Origin: Phoronis australis
Taxonomy: Eukaryota > Animalia > Phoronida
Reading direction: 5' to 3'
DNA length: 64,000 nucleotides
Assembly: GCA_002633005.1 (NCBI GenBank)
Contig: NMRA01000010.1
Span: forward strand, 489,252-553,251
In this document: positions 24,706 through 36,900 of the stretch, piece after piece
How the letters are laid out: every line of letters starts with the position of its first letter
Position numbering within the stretch: position 1 is the stretch's first letter
Notes under the pieces: generated by a model
What the model was told of the DNA's origin: nothing
Seen by the model: the letters and a program-made list of their open reading frames with translations, nothing else
The model's database searches: none
Program-made: the position numbers and the translations under genes

Positions 24706-25292
24706 ATTAATCCAGCTGCCACACGTTCTTAGCTTGTGGTCTCCAATGTTGAGCTATTTTTTATCTTCACCAAAATTGATCAAAGTTCCGGGTCCGTGAC
24801 CACCTAACTTTACTCGAGACTCTGCTAGAAAATTGTTTAATCGCATAGCTCATTTCCAAGTAAACTTTCACATTTCAAACGTTGTGATTGGCAACTTTTC
24901 AACTGATTACATAATGAAATAGTGTACAGGAAGCTTGCATAAATCTGATCAAACTTTGGCTCGCTTCTTTACTTCAGTGGCCAAGTGCACTAGAACAATC
25001 ATGCTACAGTACTTTGTCAGAGTTGTATTGACGTACGCTTTGGAGCTGTGACTTTATAACTTGGAGAAATTGATCAGTGGCACAATTCACCATCATTAAG
25101 ATGATTTATATTGGTGTGGAATATAGTTACGGCTTCACCTTATAAACGCTACCTTGGGACTTTCACATTGTTAAATTTGTACTGTGTTCGACATGTACTT
25201 TTCGAAAAAGGAATGGTAAATTTAGGCCACTTACCACAATGAAATTGGTCTCAACTTGTTCTTTAATAAGATGGGAAGTGGTTTGCAAAGAA

Positions 25293-25505
25293 GAGGGCTT
25301 GGTATTTTCCTCTTTCAAGAGAATTTCCTCTTTTTTGGTTTCAATTTCCTCGTAATTTCCAGTTTACTGTTTCTTCATCTTTTTATTAGACTTTATTCAT
25401 GCAAAAATGTTTATTTCAGTTAAATTTTAAAACACAAAAAAATATTTCTATCACACAAGTGTGGAACGACACATTCTTTTTTGTCATTGGTCAATCCAAG
25501 CCCTG
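25293..25505 (-). mobile_element. MITE of the CAGGGCTTGGA family in the SUV3 3' region
   Basis: Ends gagggcttggtattttcctc ... gtcattggtcaatccaagccctg. It is the reverse-orientation relative of the copy at 58024-58236. Confidence 0.75.
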
Positions 25506-25764
25506 AAATAACTAGTAGAGTCTGATCTCGAGCAACAATAAACTGCCAGTTCTTTCAAAAACCCGAAATAACCTCATATTTGATTAAGGAATAATTTGAG
25601 ACCAATTTCATAATTGAATGTATTAGTCTGAATCAAATTTTTTTTTTGAAGGAAACCAGCTTTATACCCCCTTAAAAGTCCCCCGACAGTGCTATCTGAC
25701 TAAAATGAGTAACTGAGGTGACCTTGCGCAAGCTCTTCTGCAAAGATGAGGTGCTTGCAAACTT

Positions 25765-25770
25765 AATAAA
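25765..25770 (+). terminator. Candidate SUV3 polyadenylation signal AATAAA
   Basis: AATAAA followed by U/GU-rich sequence (tattttgtgtc). An alternative AATAAA lies near 25536. Confidence 0.4.
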
Positions 25771-25848
25771 TTTGATTGAAGAAAAAGAAATAACCTATTT
25801 TGTGTCGTAAAAATATGAAGAAGAGTTTCATAACTGTGAAGTTCCATT

Positions 25849-25854
25849 TTTATT
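25849..25854 (-). terminator. Candidate CK1a polyadenylation signal AATAAA
   Basis: tttatt on the plus strand at the end of a ~2.1-kb U-rich (on minus) 3' UTR-like region. Confidence 0.45.
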
Positions 25855-27934
25855 ATAGATACACTACATACAATTTCCGATGACTTTCTCCGCAGATAAA
25901 AACACGTTCATTAAAACAATCACACACAAAAACCATAAAGACTTTTTCCACATGTTCAACAAATGATGGAGTTGGATTATAATATGAGACAACAACAATG
26001 TACATTATCAAACTAAAAATTGATTTTCGTATTCTTATATACGTCAACAACGTTCTCTTAACAAAGGTCTCTGAATTTACGGGACCTTAAATGAAGAAAA
26101 GTTGCTGTTCAGTCTTTGCAGAATGCACATATGTACAGAATTTCTACAAGGTTTGTGAAGAAAAATGTGTTGATTTTTACATATAGGGTGATCTCCACAA
26201 ATAGCTTCCAGTATGATTAACCTACTTCACTGCCATGCAAATGGTAAGCATAAACCAACGAAATATGAACAGCAAGTTTTTGAGAACTTTTCTCATGAAA
26301 ATAATTTCTTCACTTGCCCATCAGTTCAACTCGCACGAGTCGTTCAAGAAACCCATTTCCGAATTGAGCCGACAGTGTGCAACAGGAGACTTGATGCTCA
26401 CTAGGTGGCGCTTATAAAGGATCATAGCGAGAAGACTGTTCACCTGCATGGGGGAGATAACGAGATACAGGCTGCATGTGACTACCCAAATGTAAGTAGC
26501 TATACACGTGTGTGTTTTGTAGATACAATACATTGACTTGCACTTTCACCGACAAAACCTTTACTTATGGAAAGGAAATGGTGAATTCTATCCCATAATT
26601 TATGAATTCAATCCCATAATTCCACATTCTAACCTCACTAACCAATAACTTTAGTGGCCGTCATTTTGTTATGACAGGCTAGTAAGTTCCTGAGCATACT
26701 AGCAAAATACTTTTCACTCGTGTGATAATTGAAGTTCTAGCGATATTTTACCTTTCTCGTAAGAAACGTGGTCTATGTAACGCTATGGGGTAACACTGGT
26801 GTTTTAGCAGCGCCACCTAGTAAGCTTTAAGTTTCCCATTTGAACAGTTGGTGCCCGATATTGAGGCTAGCTGGAAGATGGCAGCAGTTCGGCATTCCGT
26901 GTGCAACAAACTGGGACATCCAGACATTGACAAGTGTGGCAAATTCAGCAAGTGTTTGTCAGTGATAACATAGATACATGAAGCCTTTTTACAGCTTGCA
27001 AAACTACATCTGTCATAAGATATCAGTGTGTGTGATAAACAATAAGCTGTTCTGTTTATACAACTATAGAAACAATAATAAAAAATGTGAAATTCCGTCA
27101 TCTACCCAACTTGAGTGCATGTACCCTACCACGTCACCATTAGTCACCAACTAATTGCTTGAGATAGTTGATGCAATTTAACAGACAAAAACTATTCAAA
27201 CGCGTCGAATAAATAGTTACTCAGCTAACTACACTTTGAATTTGAAGGAAGAGTAGTCAAAATCAACTTCATTGAGGTGTTACTCATAGAGAGATAAAAA
27301 TCTAATAAATATCGGAACAGTAGAAGTGATTACCCTAAGTCTACATATCAGAAATTCCCTGTATGACATCGGTGACCAAATGAACATATAAATCAACAAA
27401 TATCACGAAATTACCACCCATTCTCTTCATCGTGTGCAGAAACCAGTGGGATGAACACTTGGACTTGACCTACATAACACTCGGACTTGACCTACATATC
27501 GCATCACGAAGTCTGACAGAAATGCATGTAGGCAATCGAGCCTGAACAACATCCATCGTGTGCAGCAACTATAACATAATTGGACAATTTCTACCGATCT
27601 CGGTTGCAACCGAACAAGACCACCATTACTCAATGTCAGACCTCGAGTCAAGATGGTCTTGCAACGGAAATCGAGTGCTAGAAAAACAAAAAAAAACAAA
27701 CAAAAACAGACAATCTGTCGAGATCACAGATTTGTCAAAAATAAACACAAGCTTGTCAATGTTGAATCCCTCGGATGCAAGTCGTCATGACAACCAAACG
27801 CAGTCACTAAGAGCAGGCAATGTCACCACATTTTTCTCTTGAATATTGGTGCTTTTCATGAACTGACAATGACTCATCAAGCTATTTCCAACAGGGACAC
27901 GTCTGCTTTTTCCAACAGGGACACGTCTGCTTTT

Positions 27935-30900
27935 TCAGCGACCTGAAACGGATAACATTTACATTAACACAGACTGTCAAACTGACGGAAAACATGCATC
28001 TCTAGTGCCCTTGTTTACACCAAGCAGCAGGAGATTCAATAAAACAGAAAGAAAACAGTCACCTTAGGAAGACAAACCAGCACAGGATCCAATGACTTAA
28101 AAAGGATACCAAACTCAAATTTGGTCTATTAAGAGATATTGAAAACAATAACCTCGTCCAGTTCTCAGAAACAATACTCTGTAACCTTCGACAACTCTCG
28201 AAAGTTTGGAACAAAATTTGTAATCTACTTACAAAGTTTGCTAAACGGGCAAGTGTGTGCTATGCTTTAGGCAAGTTACACAACAACTGTAGGAAAGACC
28301 ACCTACCAAGAACCATAATGTCCAATTTGCGACTCAGAGACCGTACTATGAATTCTTACTTGAATTCTGCTTTTATCAAGTGGGACACAAATGGAGCATT
28401 TTCAGGTGGCAGAACAAGGCCTTGATTGAAATCGCCAAACCAGGGTTTAGTATCCTTTTAAGCTGAGAATTACCCGTAATGTTACCTGATTTTAACTTTG
28501 GGTCAACTCAGTCTATTAATTGTCTTGATGCATGTTACGGTATAATTATTTTGTGCAGTACAGTATGTACCATTCATCCTAGAATACTTGGTGACTTCAG
28601 ATGAAAATTGAAAATTAAACAAACCAGAAGTGGGCCTTCATCTACGACTGACAAAAATGTAAAATTTATGAATAACATGTTAATAAGAAGGCATCAACAC
28701 TTGAGGCAAGTCCAGACTACTTACAATATATCCAAAATAAACTGTAGTTTTCATGGCTAGTTGATAAAATAAGAGTAAAACATGGATCCACTAATTTTAT
28801 GAATGAAATTTTCCGGTCAAAACCAGTGGTGGAGTATTTACATTACAGCATCAACTGGTACGTCAGGGACATCCAATGGATGGAGCAAGGACTAGAACAA
28901 TAGCGGAGAAACAGGTGATCCTCTCTCTCCATTAGTAACGCATGGTGTTGACCTACCTGATATTGCCATTTTGTGTTGGCCCTGTCCCGAGTTCTGTTTC
29001 AACATTGTCCAGTCGAACGTGTAGTCGTATTGATGGTTTAGGGTGCGGAACAGAATACGGAACAGCTGGCGAAGGTACATGTAGTCAGGCGCTTCTTCAA
29101 ACCTCAGTCCACGGCAGTAGTTGAGGTACATGGCAAACTCCGCCGGGAATCCCTGCAAGATGGTACACTCCGGTCATTCAAACGCCTGCGCTCAACTTCA
29201 GACCCAAACACACTACTGGCATATTGTACAAACAAGCTTGGTCAGAACCTAACATAGCTCCCACTGGTATTGTGGTTATATTTGCGTGCAGTTTTCCATG
29301 GATTTTTGAGGACATAATTTTCATTTTTTGTGGGTCATTTTGCCACAAAAATGATTCTTGGCAAAAGCAATACATTACATCAGGATTTGACTAGTGAAAA
29401 GAACTTTTTTTATTCATTTTGTTACTCTTGAGGACTTTTCCAAGATTTCCACGCATGGAAAATGTTGCTATGACACCTGGAAATCATGTGTTTCCAGAAA
29501 AATGTTGTGGAGATACACTTTACCATAGAGTACTTTGAAGTTTTAAAATGTTTATTTACATAAAATCTATATTTCGTGAAAACGGCAAAGCAAGCTCACT
29601 TAAATGTTTCATGATAACGGAAGCACAGATCAAATCCTACAAGTATTTTTGATCTCTCTTAACTGTGTTTTGATAAGCGCTGGCATATTTTCACATTTCC
29701 ATGTTTTACAGGAGCTAGCAATATTCGTGTGGCCACTCAGTGACAAATAAAGACTTGTTAATATTTATTAAAAGCACTGTCCACACAGTCATGTTTGTTA
29801 CTAAGACATTGGACAGGGTTCCTCAATTGCAGTAAAACACACAAAGCAATACCAACCTGCAAATCACCTAACTCACCTTACACAGGATTTCCACAGGGGT
29901 CGACATTTTCTTTTCACTGATTTTTTCATATTTCTGCTTCTTTGTGGCAGCCTACAATTCGAACAACAGGACAAATGACAACAGGACAAATGACTACCTC
30001 AAGGTTTACAGGGTATAGTAATGGTTGGCAAATAGACAGACATGCTGCCAATATCTTTCTCTATCCGTCAACTCTGTAGCTATTTTCACCTGATAAATGC
30101 TTACCGTGGACATTTGCAATAATTCTTTATTGCTGATAGAAATTAGAACCTTGGTATGTTATACACTACAGGGAGAAAAGCAAGCTTTCTTTGTCTTCAT
30201 ACCAGTTCGTACCTACCTTTAGACCCTGCCACGGCAGTGTACCCCGATTGAAGTACATCAGCACGTATCCTAGTGACTCCATGTCGTCACGGCGACTCTG
30301 CTCGATGCCCAGGTGTGCATTGATGCTGGCGTAGCGCGCCGTGCCTGTCAGGTTCTTGTCCTCACGGTAAGCGATGTGTAACCGTGACTTCTGGTCCCGG
30401 TATTTTTTGGCCAGCCCAAAGTCAATAATGAAAACCTGGAGACAGTGAAATAAAGCCAATAGCCATTTAATCAACAGCACCAAGCAGGTAACAGTCATAA
30501 CAGGAGAGACAACATGAGACCAAGCTACGGACTGTGCAGGGTCAAGGCACAACAACGCAGTTCTCACTACGTTTTCGTGAGTTCTGACAGAACAGGCTGA
30601 AAAGGAGTGGGAAACGAAAAAAAAAATGTTAGACACACTTGTGACATTCTGGTTAAGAACTCCTTGAGCAGCGTCGCAATCAAGGCATGCTGTTGGTAAA
30701 AGCTACTCATTCCCTTTGTCTCCAGTCTATTTCTTGACAATTTTAGATAGGCTCAAACACAGCCGAAACATGGCCTGTAGTTTATGAGGTCCAAAGGAAT
30801 CCATATGTACAAAACGCAACTGAATTGAGCTAAAATCCACACATTTATCGTCTAATTCAGAGAGTTAAAAGGTAAACTTTGACTCTGATGCACTTCACTT

Positions 30901-33900
30901 TTTAACATGTTCTTGCAAATACTTCCAGCTATCTAAGAAACATGTTTACTGTTGCCTAAAACCTTAATCGCTATACACGTATTAGGAATTAAACTAAGTC
31001 AACCAATCTTCCACCGAGACGGCATAAATTCCACCGCAAAAACAGGAAGCAAAATGGGCATTTACTGACAAAAGAAAAAGCAGATCAGCTAGACGTGCAA
31101 ATATACATTCAGTAGAAGTCATTCGAGTTCGGTGATTACCTTACCTTATTGCAGTGACGGCCTATACCCATTAGGAAGTTGTCGGGCTTGATGTCCCGAT
31201 GTATAAAATTTTTATTGTGGACAAACTCTATTCTGCCGATCATCTGTAAATAAAACGTACACATGGACATTGTATTGATTTACTCCGCACTGTGGATGGA
31301 CTAGGTAAGCTATCCAGTCCAGGTGTGACCAGGCTGTCACAATTTATACATAGTTATGTGTAATATTTATAAGACATGCAGCAGTAGATAGCAATATTTA
31401 TATTTGAAAATGCTGCATACTCATTCTACAGAAATTTGTAATATAATAATTAATAATTGCAGGCGGTCTGATACCGTTGTACCAGACATGTGCAGGCCAC
31501 GCATGTGGGACCCATTGCACTGATCACCTGATAGAAATTTGTACAAGACTACATTCAAATGTAACTACCAAAACTGTCAATTAATTATTTACGAAGAGCA
31601 AGAAAATTACCAAGCCCTGAACAAAAAAGTTCATTACGATACATAGCACACACATACCATGCCAACAGTGCAATACCGTTTTCTAAATATTTATTTTTGA
31701 TGAGAAATTATATGTTATCAACCTCCCATGTCTCTCAGTGCTAAACAGGAAAACAGTTACCACACAGACAAAGCATAACTCAAGAAGAGCGCAACTTCAG
31801 AGAGTTATAGCTTCTCACAACAGGTGACCAACATGTTACAAACCCACCTCCTGTCAAAGACCAACTCTCCATTCACATTTATTATCATTATAAAGCAGGT
31901 TTCAGTCTCTTCCTTACTCACATAGTCAGTGATGTCACAGGAAAGAATTGGCAGTTTACACTTAAGTGTGCCCCAACTGTTGGTTCAAGGCCCTCAACAT
32001 GGCTTCACAATCAAGTGTGCCCCAACTGTTGGTTCAAGACCCTCAACATGGCCCTAAACAATTAACAGCTGTTGGTTCTATCCAAGCCCAGACCCCACCT
32101 CTTGTAAGGGACAGTTTGAGGTCACTTCAGTATGGGACAGTTTAAGGTCACTTTCACAAGGGTGAAAACTGAAAATCAGAAGTTATTTTTTTGTCAAAAA
32201 TGGATATACAGCAGATTTAATATGACAGTCATCACTTTGAGTCATTCTGCAGGGGCAGAGATGAATGATTACTGTCAATCACTCTAATCATGCCCAGATA
32301 TAAATGAATACTTTCTATCACTTTCTGCGCATAACTCCAGTTATTGTACATCTTATCTTTGGTAATAAATAAAACCTACAATAACCATACCAATACTATG
32401 TAAAACAGTACCTGGTCTGCTATCATGAGTACAGTCTTCATAGTGAATCGGCGCGAACAAAAGTTGAACAGGTCCTCCAGGCTGGGGCCTAGTAACTCCA
32501 TCACTAGGATGTTGAAGTCCTTTTCCACACCAAACCATCTACAAGGGAAAATGTATGAATCTCATCAGTACTAAAAAAACAATTGGCAATATCCAAACGC
32601 CTTCCTACAATATACATGGTCAAAATTCTCTGGTTCAGGACACTGAAATTAAAATCGAAACGTAATTTTCTTGATTCTGAAGATTAACACTTGGATAATT
32701 TTGGCATATATCACATTTCTCAAATATTGGACACCACGCTTTGTATCAACAGAGCCTGCCAATAGTCTTGAAAATTTATAAAATTAAAGAAAACAGTCGT
32801 TGATGTGCACCATTTTTATGAGACCCCATAGTGTGCACTTGGCCCTCACTCACCCAAGGGGAAAGGTGCCTCTGACTTCTGAGAAGGGAACTGTTTTTGA
32901 GCGAGAGGAAAATCCTTCCTCCAAACGCTATCAATTCAAGGGATCGTGCGAGTTGAAAGTGATTCTTGATATGAGGAAAATTTTTTAATCATTGGATGAT
33001 AAGTGTTTGGCCTGATGAAGAAACACGCACGATTTCAAAACATTTTTCAGCAGGAATGGGGTCAATATTCAGTCCCAAAATCGAGGCATAGAGGATGCTG
33101 GTGTCGCTGACTGAAATTCTTGAATTTGGGATGGCCAATATTGCCTATTTCTAAATTTGATACAAGCTCTGATCTCATAGTTCCAAATGGAAGAATATTT
33201 ACCATGTAGACCCATTTGAATGTAACCCTTCGCCCAGTTGGCAAAGACCTATATTTGAGTTTCTCAATTACTTTAAATACCCATTGTATAACCCAAATGG
33301 AAACTGAATGTTAACACAACATCAGAAGACTTGCATGCCAAGTTTTAGGAAATAACTATTTCCTCCACATGACTAATGCAACTGAGACACATGATTGTCA
33401 ATACCCAAGTTACAGTTACGGTTACGTAATTTCTGTACCCAACTATCTGGACAAGTCTTTTTTCAAGGGCACAGCCAGTTACCATGAAAACAACTACTCA
33501 AATGGAATCTTACAAAACTTTAAAGCACATAACATTGATTTGGACTCACTATTAAACCTATAAACCACACTTTTTAAAGCTATAGTATGGAATGCATTTG
33601 AATAATGGTTTCATATTGCATCTTACTTCTACAAGTCTGTGCAACAAATGGAGTGGCATTCATTGATTTCTTTTGCATCTAGACTCACCTCTGCAAACAC
33701 GATCTATGCTGGTTGGCAATTTAGACTTTGGCTACTTTAATTGAGTGTTACTTGTTTACATCTATGTATACTTTTTAAACCAGTATGTTTATCCAAGCTT
33801 TACCCTGACCAAGGTGAAGAAGAAATTAATATATTTAACAACACAGTAACTATTCCAAGGTAGGGCTACCATGCTACTATGTTTACAAAATAGTTCTAAA

Positions 33901-36900
33901 AGCTACAAACTACTATTTAATTCACTGGGGTACTTTCAAATCTAAAGACGCTATTTTGGGGCCAGTGCAGGACACATCCTGTCGGGTAACTTTATTGGCT
34001 TTAACCTTTATTCATATTCTGCAAGATATCATAATCTTAAACAATACAGGCCACTGAATGACCAGTTTTACTAGAAACTAAGCGATGCAATCCCTTTTAT
34101 TGGGTCAGCTTATCAAAAGAATAACTGTGTCAACTCATTATCAATAATTAATCAACGCGATAACACATAGCAGGCCAGAGACAGACTGAGAAGGACGCCT
34201 ACTAGCACAAGGTTGCGAAACTCGCCAACGTGTGGTAACTGACGGCAGAGGAAAATCAATAATGGAGAACTGAAGAGAAGAATGACTGCGGACAATTACA
34301 GAAAACTGTTCTTAGCACCAGAGAGCAAGATACGTGACGACAGAACAATAGCCCAATAATGATTACCGCACAAAAGATACACTGTGCACCCAAAAGAACA
34401 GATGTACTCTATGAGCAGGGTCTTGTGATGATATGCATTTGGAACTTAGTAATATAGTCCAACTGTGTTTAATTAACCAGTGAATATACTGGAGTATGAT
34501 ATTTGTCTAAATAAACCTGACAAAACAGCACAAATGTAAAAAATAAGCATGTAATGTCACCAAGACAGATCTAAAAATTAGCCTTAATAATCAAACTGTT
34601 ATGTAGCTCCCCAGTATATGAAAGGTTATACATTATTTGTAACTACCCGTACTTGTTTTTACGTTACACCAGTTTCAGGATTGGACTGGCTCACTGTGTA
34701 AACACTTGTGCTTGCAAACTGATATCTGTGCACATGCACACTTGTGTGCAAAATAGCAGAAAGTGGTTGGTAATCTATACCCAGTGCACCATGTTACTGA
34801 ATGTCAAGGTCAAAGCTATATGCAAAGACCATCAAGCACAGACCTCAAGTGAAGCATCCCAGGTAAAAAGTCTTGATGAAGGGAGTTGAAAGTTTAATGT
34901 CCCCATGACAATGTTTATTACAAGTCACCATCCTGGCCTAGCTTACTGTAACCTCCACATGACCTCAGCTAGTGAGGACACCTGCCAGCCAATATTTCAC
35001 CCCAGTCAAATTATGGCAGCTTGTCTAGTCAGACACAAAGATGGCTAGACACCCTTTGACAACTCCATCCCTATACTACTATCCATAATTAAAGACATCA
35101 GTCTCCAGTGAACACTATTGGTGCTTTGGGATTGAAACAAGAATCAGAGGATGTTCAACAAGAAACACCTTACGGGTAGAAAAATAACTTTAAAACCAAC
35201 ACAGCCCTAGACACTATGAAAATCGACAGGTCGTCATTTACGACCTGGCCAAAATCTCACGTCACATTTCTAGAATCCAGGACGCACTCACGCGTTCCAG
35301 CACGCACAGTTTAGGGGATTACGGTAAAAGCAAACATGGTTTTATTACGCGCAAGTGTTCTTTCACATTTGACACAACAACAGTAACTTAACTGATACTG
35401 TCAGTAATGGCATTCCTGCAATTTACCTTTTTTGTTGGTTATGAGGGAAGTGTAAAAAACTCGGCTTGCAAGAGTTGGAATTCCCATCTCACACATGGAA
35501 GACAAATGCGAGTTGGCCAAAATCTCAGCTGGGATTCCCAAATTTCAGGTCACGTATGACACCAATAGCTGGTTATGTCAACCCCTACTGACACAATAGA
35601 ACACTGGTGTAGTTCCCATGTTACTATGTTAACTGGAGATGGACACCTGCTCATTTGTACAAGCTGAAGACCACTGCCTGTGTGAGTCTGACTGTCAGCC
35701 ATTTATGGAGAGGTTGGTGAATCACAATTACTATTTATCCATGTTGTGTTGCTAAGGAGATATCATGAGAACATTACATAAATCATGAAGGAGACAAGCT
35801 AGATTGACCAAGCAGTCTTAAAGAAAGACATAACTGATTACAACACCTACTTCTAGATTTCAAAATAAGTCCTCATTCACAATTTTTAAACTTTTGAAAA
35901 TAAATTTCAGAACCTTTCTTGGTATATTAGTGGGTTTGCTACGCAGTAAAATATCAACAATTTCAGAAAGTAAAACAACCATCAAAATTATTACTTTTCA
36001 TTTTTTCAAAAGTAACTGACAATGTTGTGAAAGCCTAAAATTTCTCACAACATGGCCTACATTGGCAGGATTTTACAGTAATTATACAATTGCCATAATC
36101 CTTGGTATAGTATATGGCAGTATTTAATCAATAAGTCACTCCCACAGGAAAGTACTAAAGACTTGACATTGAACACAGCATATAGGTGCCGCATGTCACA
36201 AACACAAGTACAGTTACTCTTCACATTCTCACAAAAATAATTGACAAATTTGTCATTTTTCTGTTTCTCAAAGGTTGATTACCATGCTGCAGACAATGCA
36301 AACAGTGTTTTATGACTTCTAGACTGTTCAATTCAAACTAATAATAGACTACAGTTTTCTTAATTTTGATTTTTGTTGGCACGTTGGCAAAATAAAATTC
36401 CACTAGTCTGCCATGCACTAAATATCTGAAGAATTACGGTAACACCTAACCGACGAAAGAACAAAAAAATGATAGAAACAGGCTATTTAAAATAACACAA
36501 AAGGACAAAAACTCAAACTAGTACAAACGTGTTCCAAGAATTAACTACTAAACAGAATCTTTTGAAACCTCGCTTCAAACACCAATTAGTTTACAGAACA
36601 ACACCATAAGCAAAACATGCTAGTATTTTGTGGAACTGTCCTAGTATACAAAATTTGGTGTCAATTCAGTTTGCAAGTTCACACTGGTTCAGACCTGTAA
36701 GTCAGGAAAATCTAGTTTGTACACAAAAACACATCCTTTCACACTCAGCTGACGTCAACAAGACAGCTGCGATAAATAACAAGGAAGCATTTGCACGTAG
36801 ACAAAAAATGCTAGACCATCCAGTGCAAGAACCACTTAGTATTGTTAACTTTGATTGATGGATTGGCAGTGGAAGTCTATGTCATGACCTCAGTTACTTG

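Noticed and set aside
32170-32245. GTGATGA...CTGA as a box C/D snoRNA in CK1a intron 3
   Set aside because: The would-be guide is A-rich with no recognisable target, and the terminal stem is weak.
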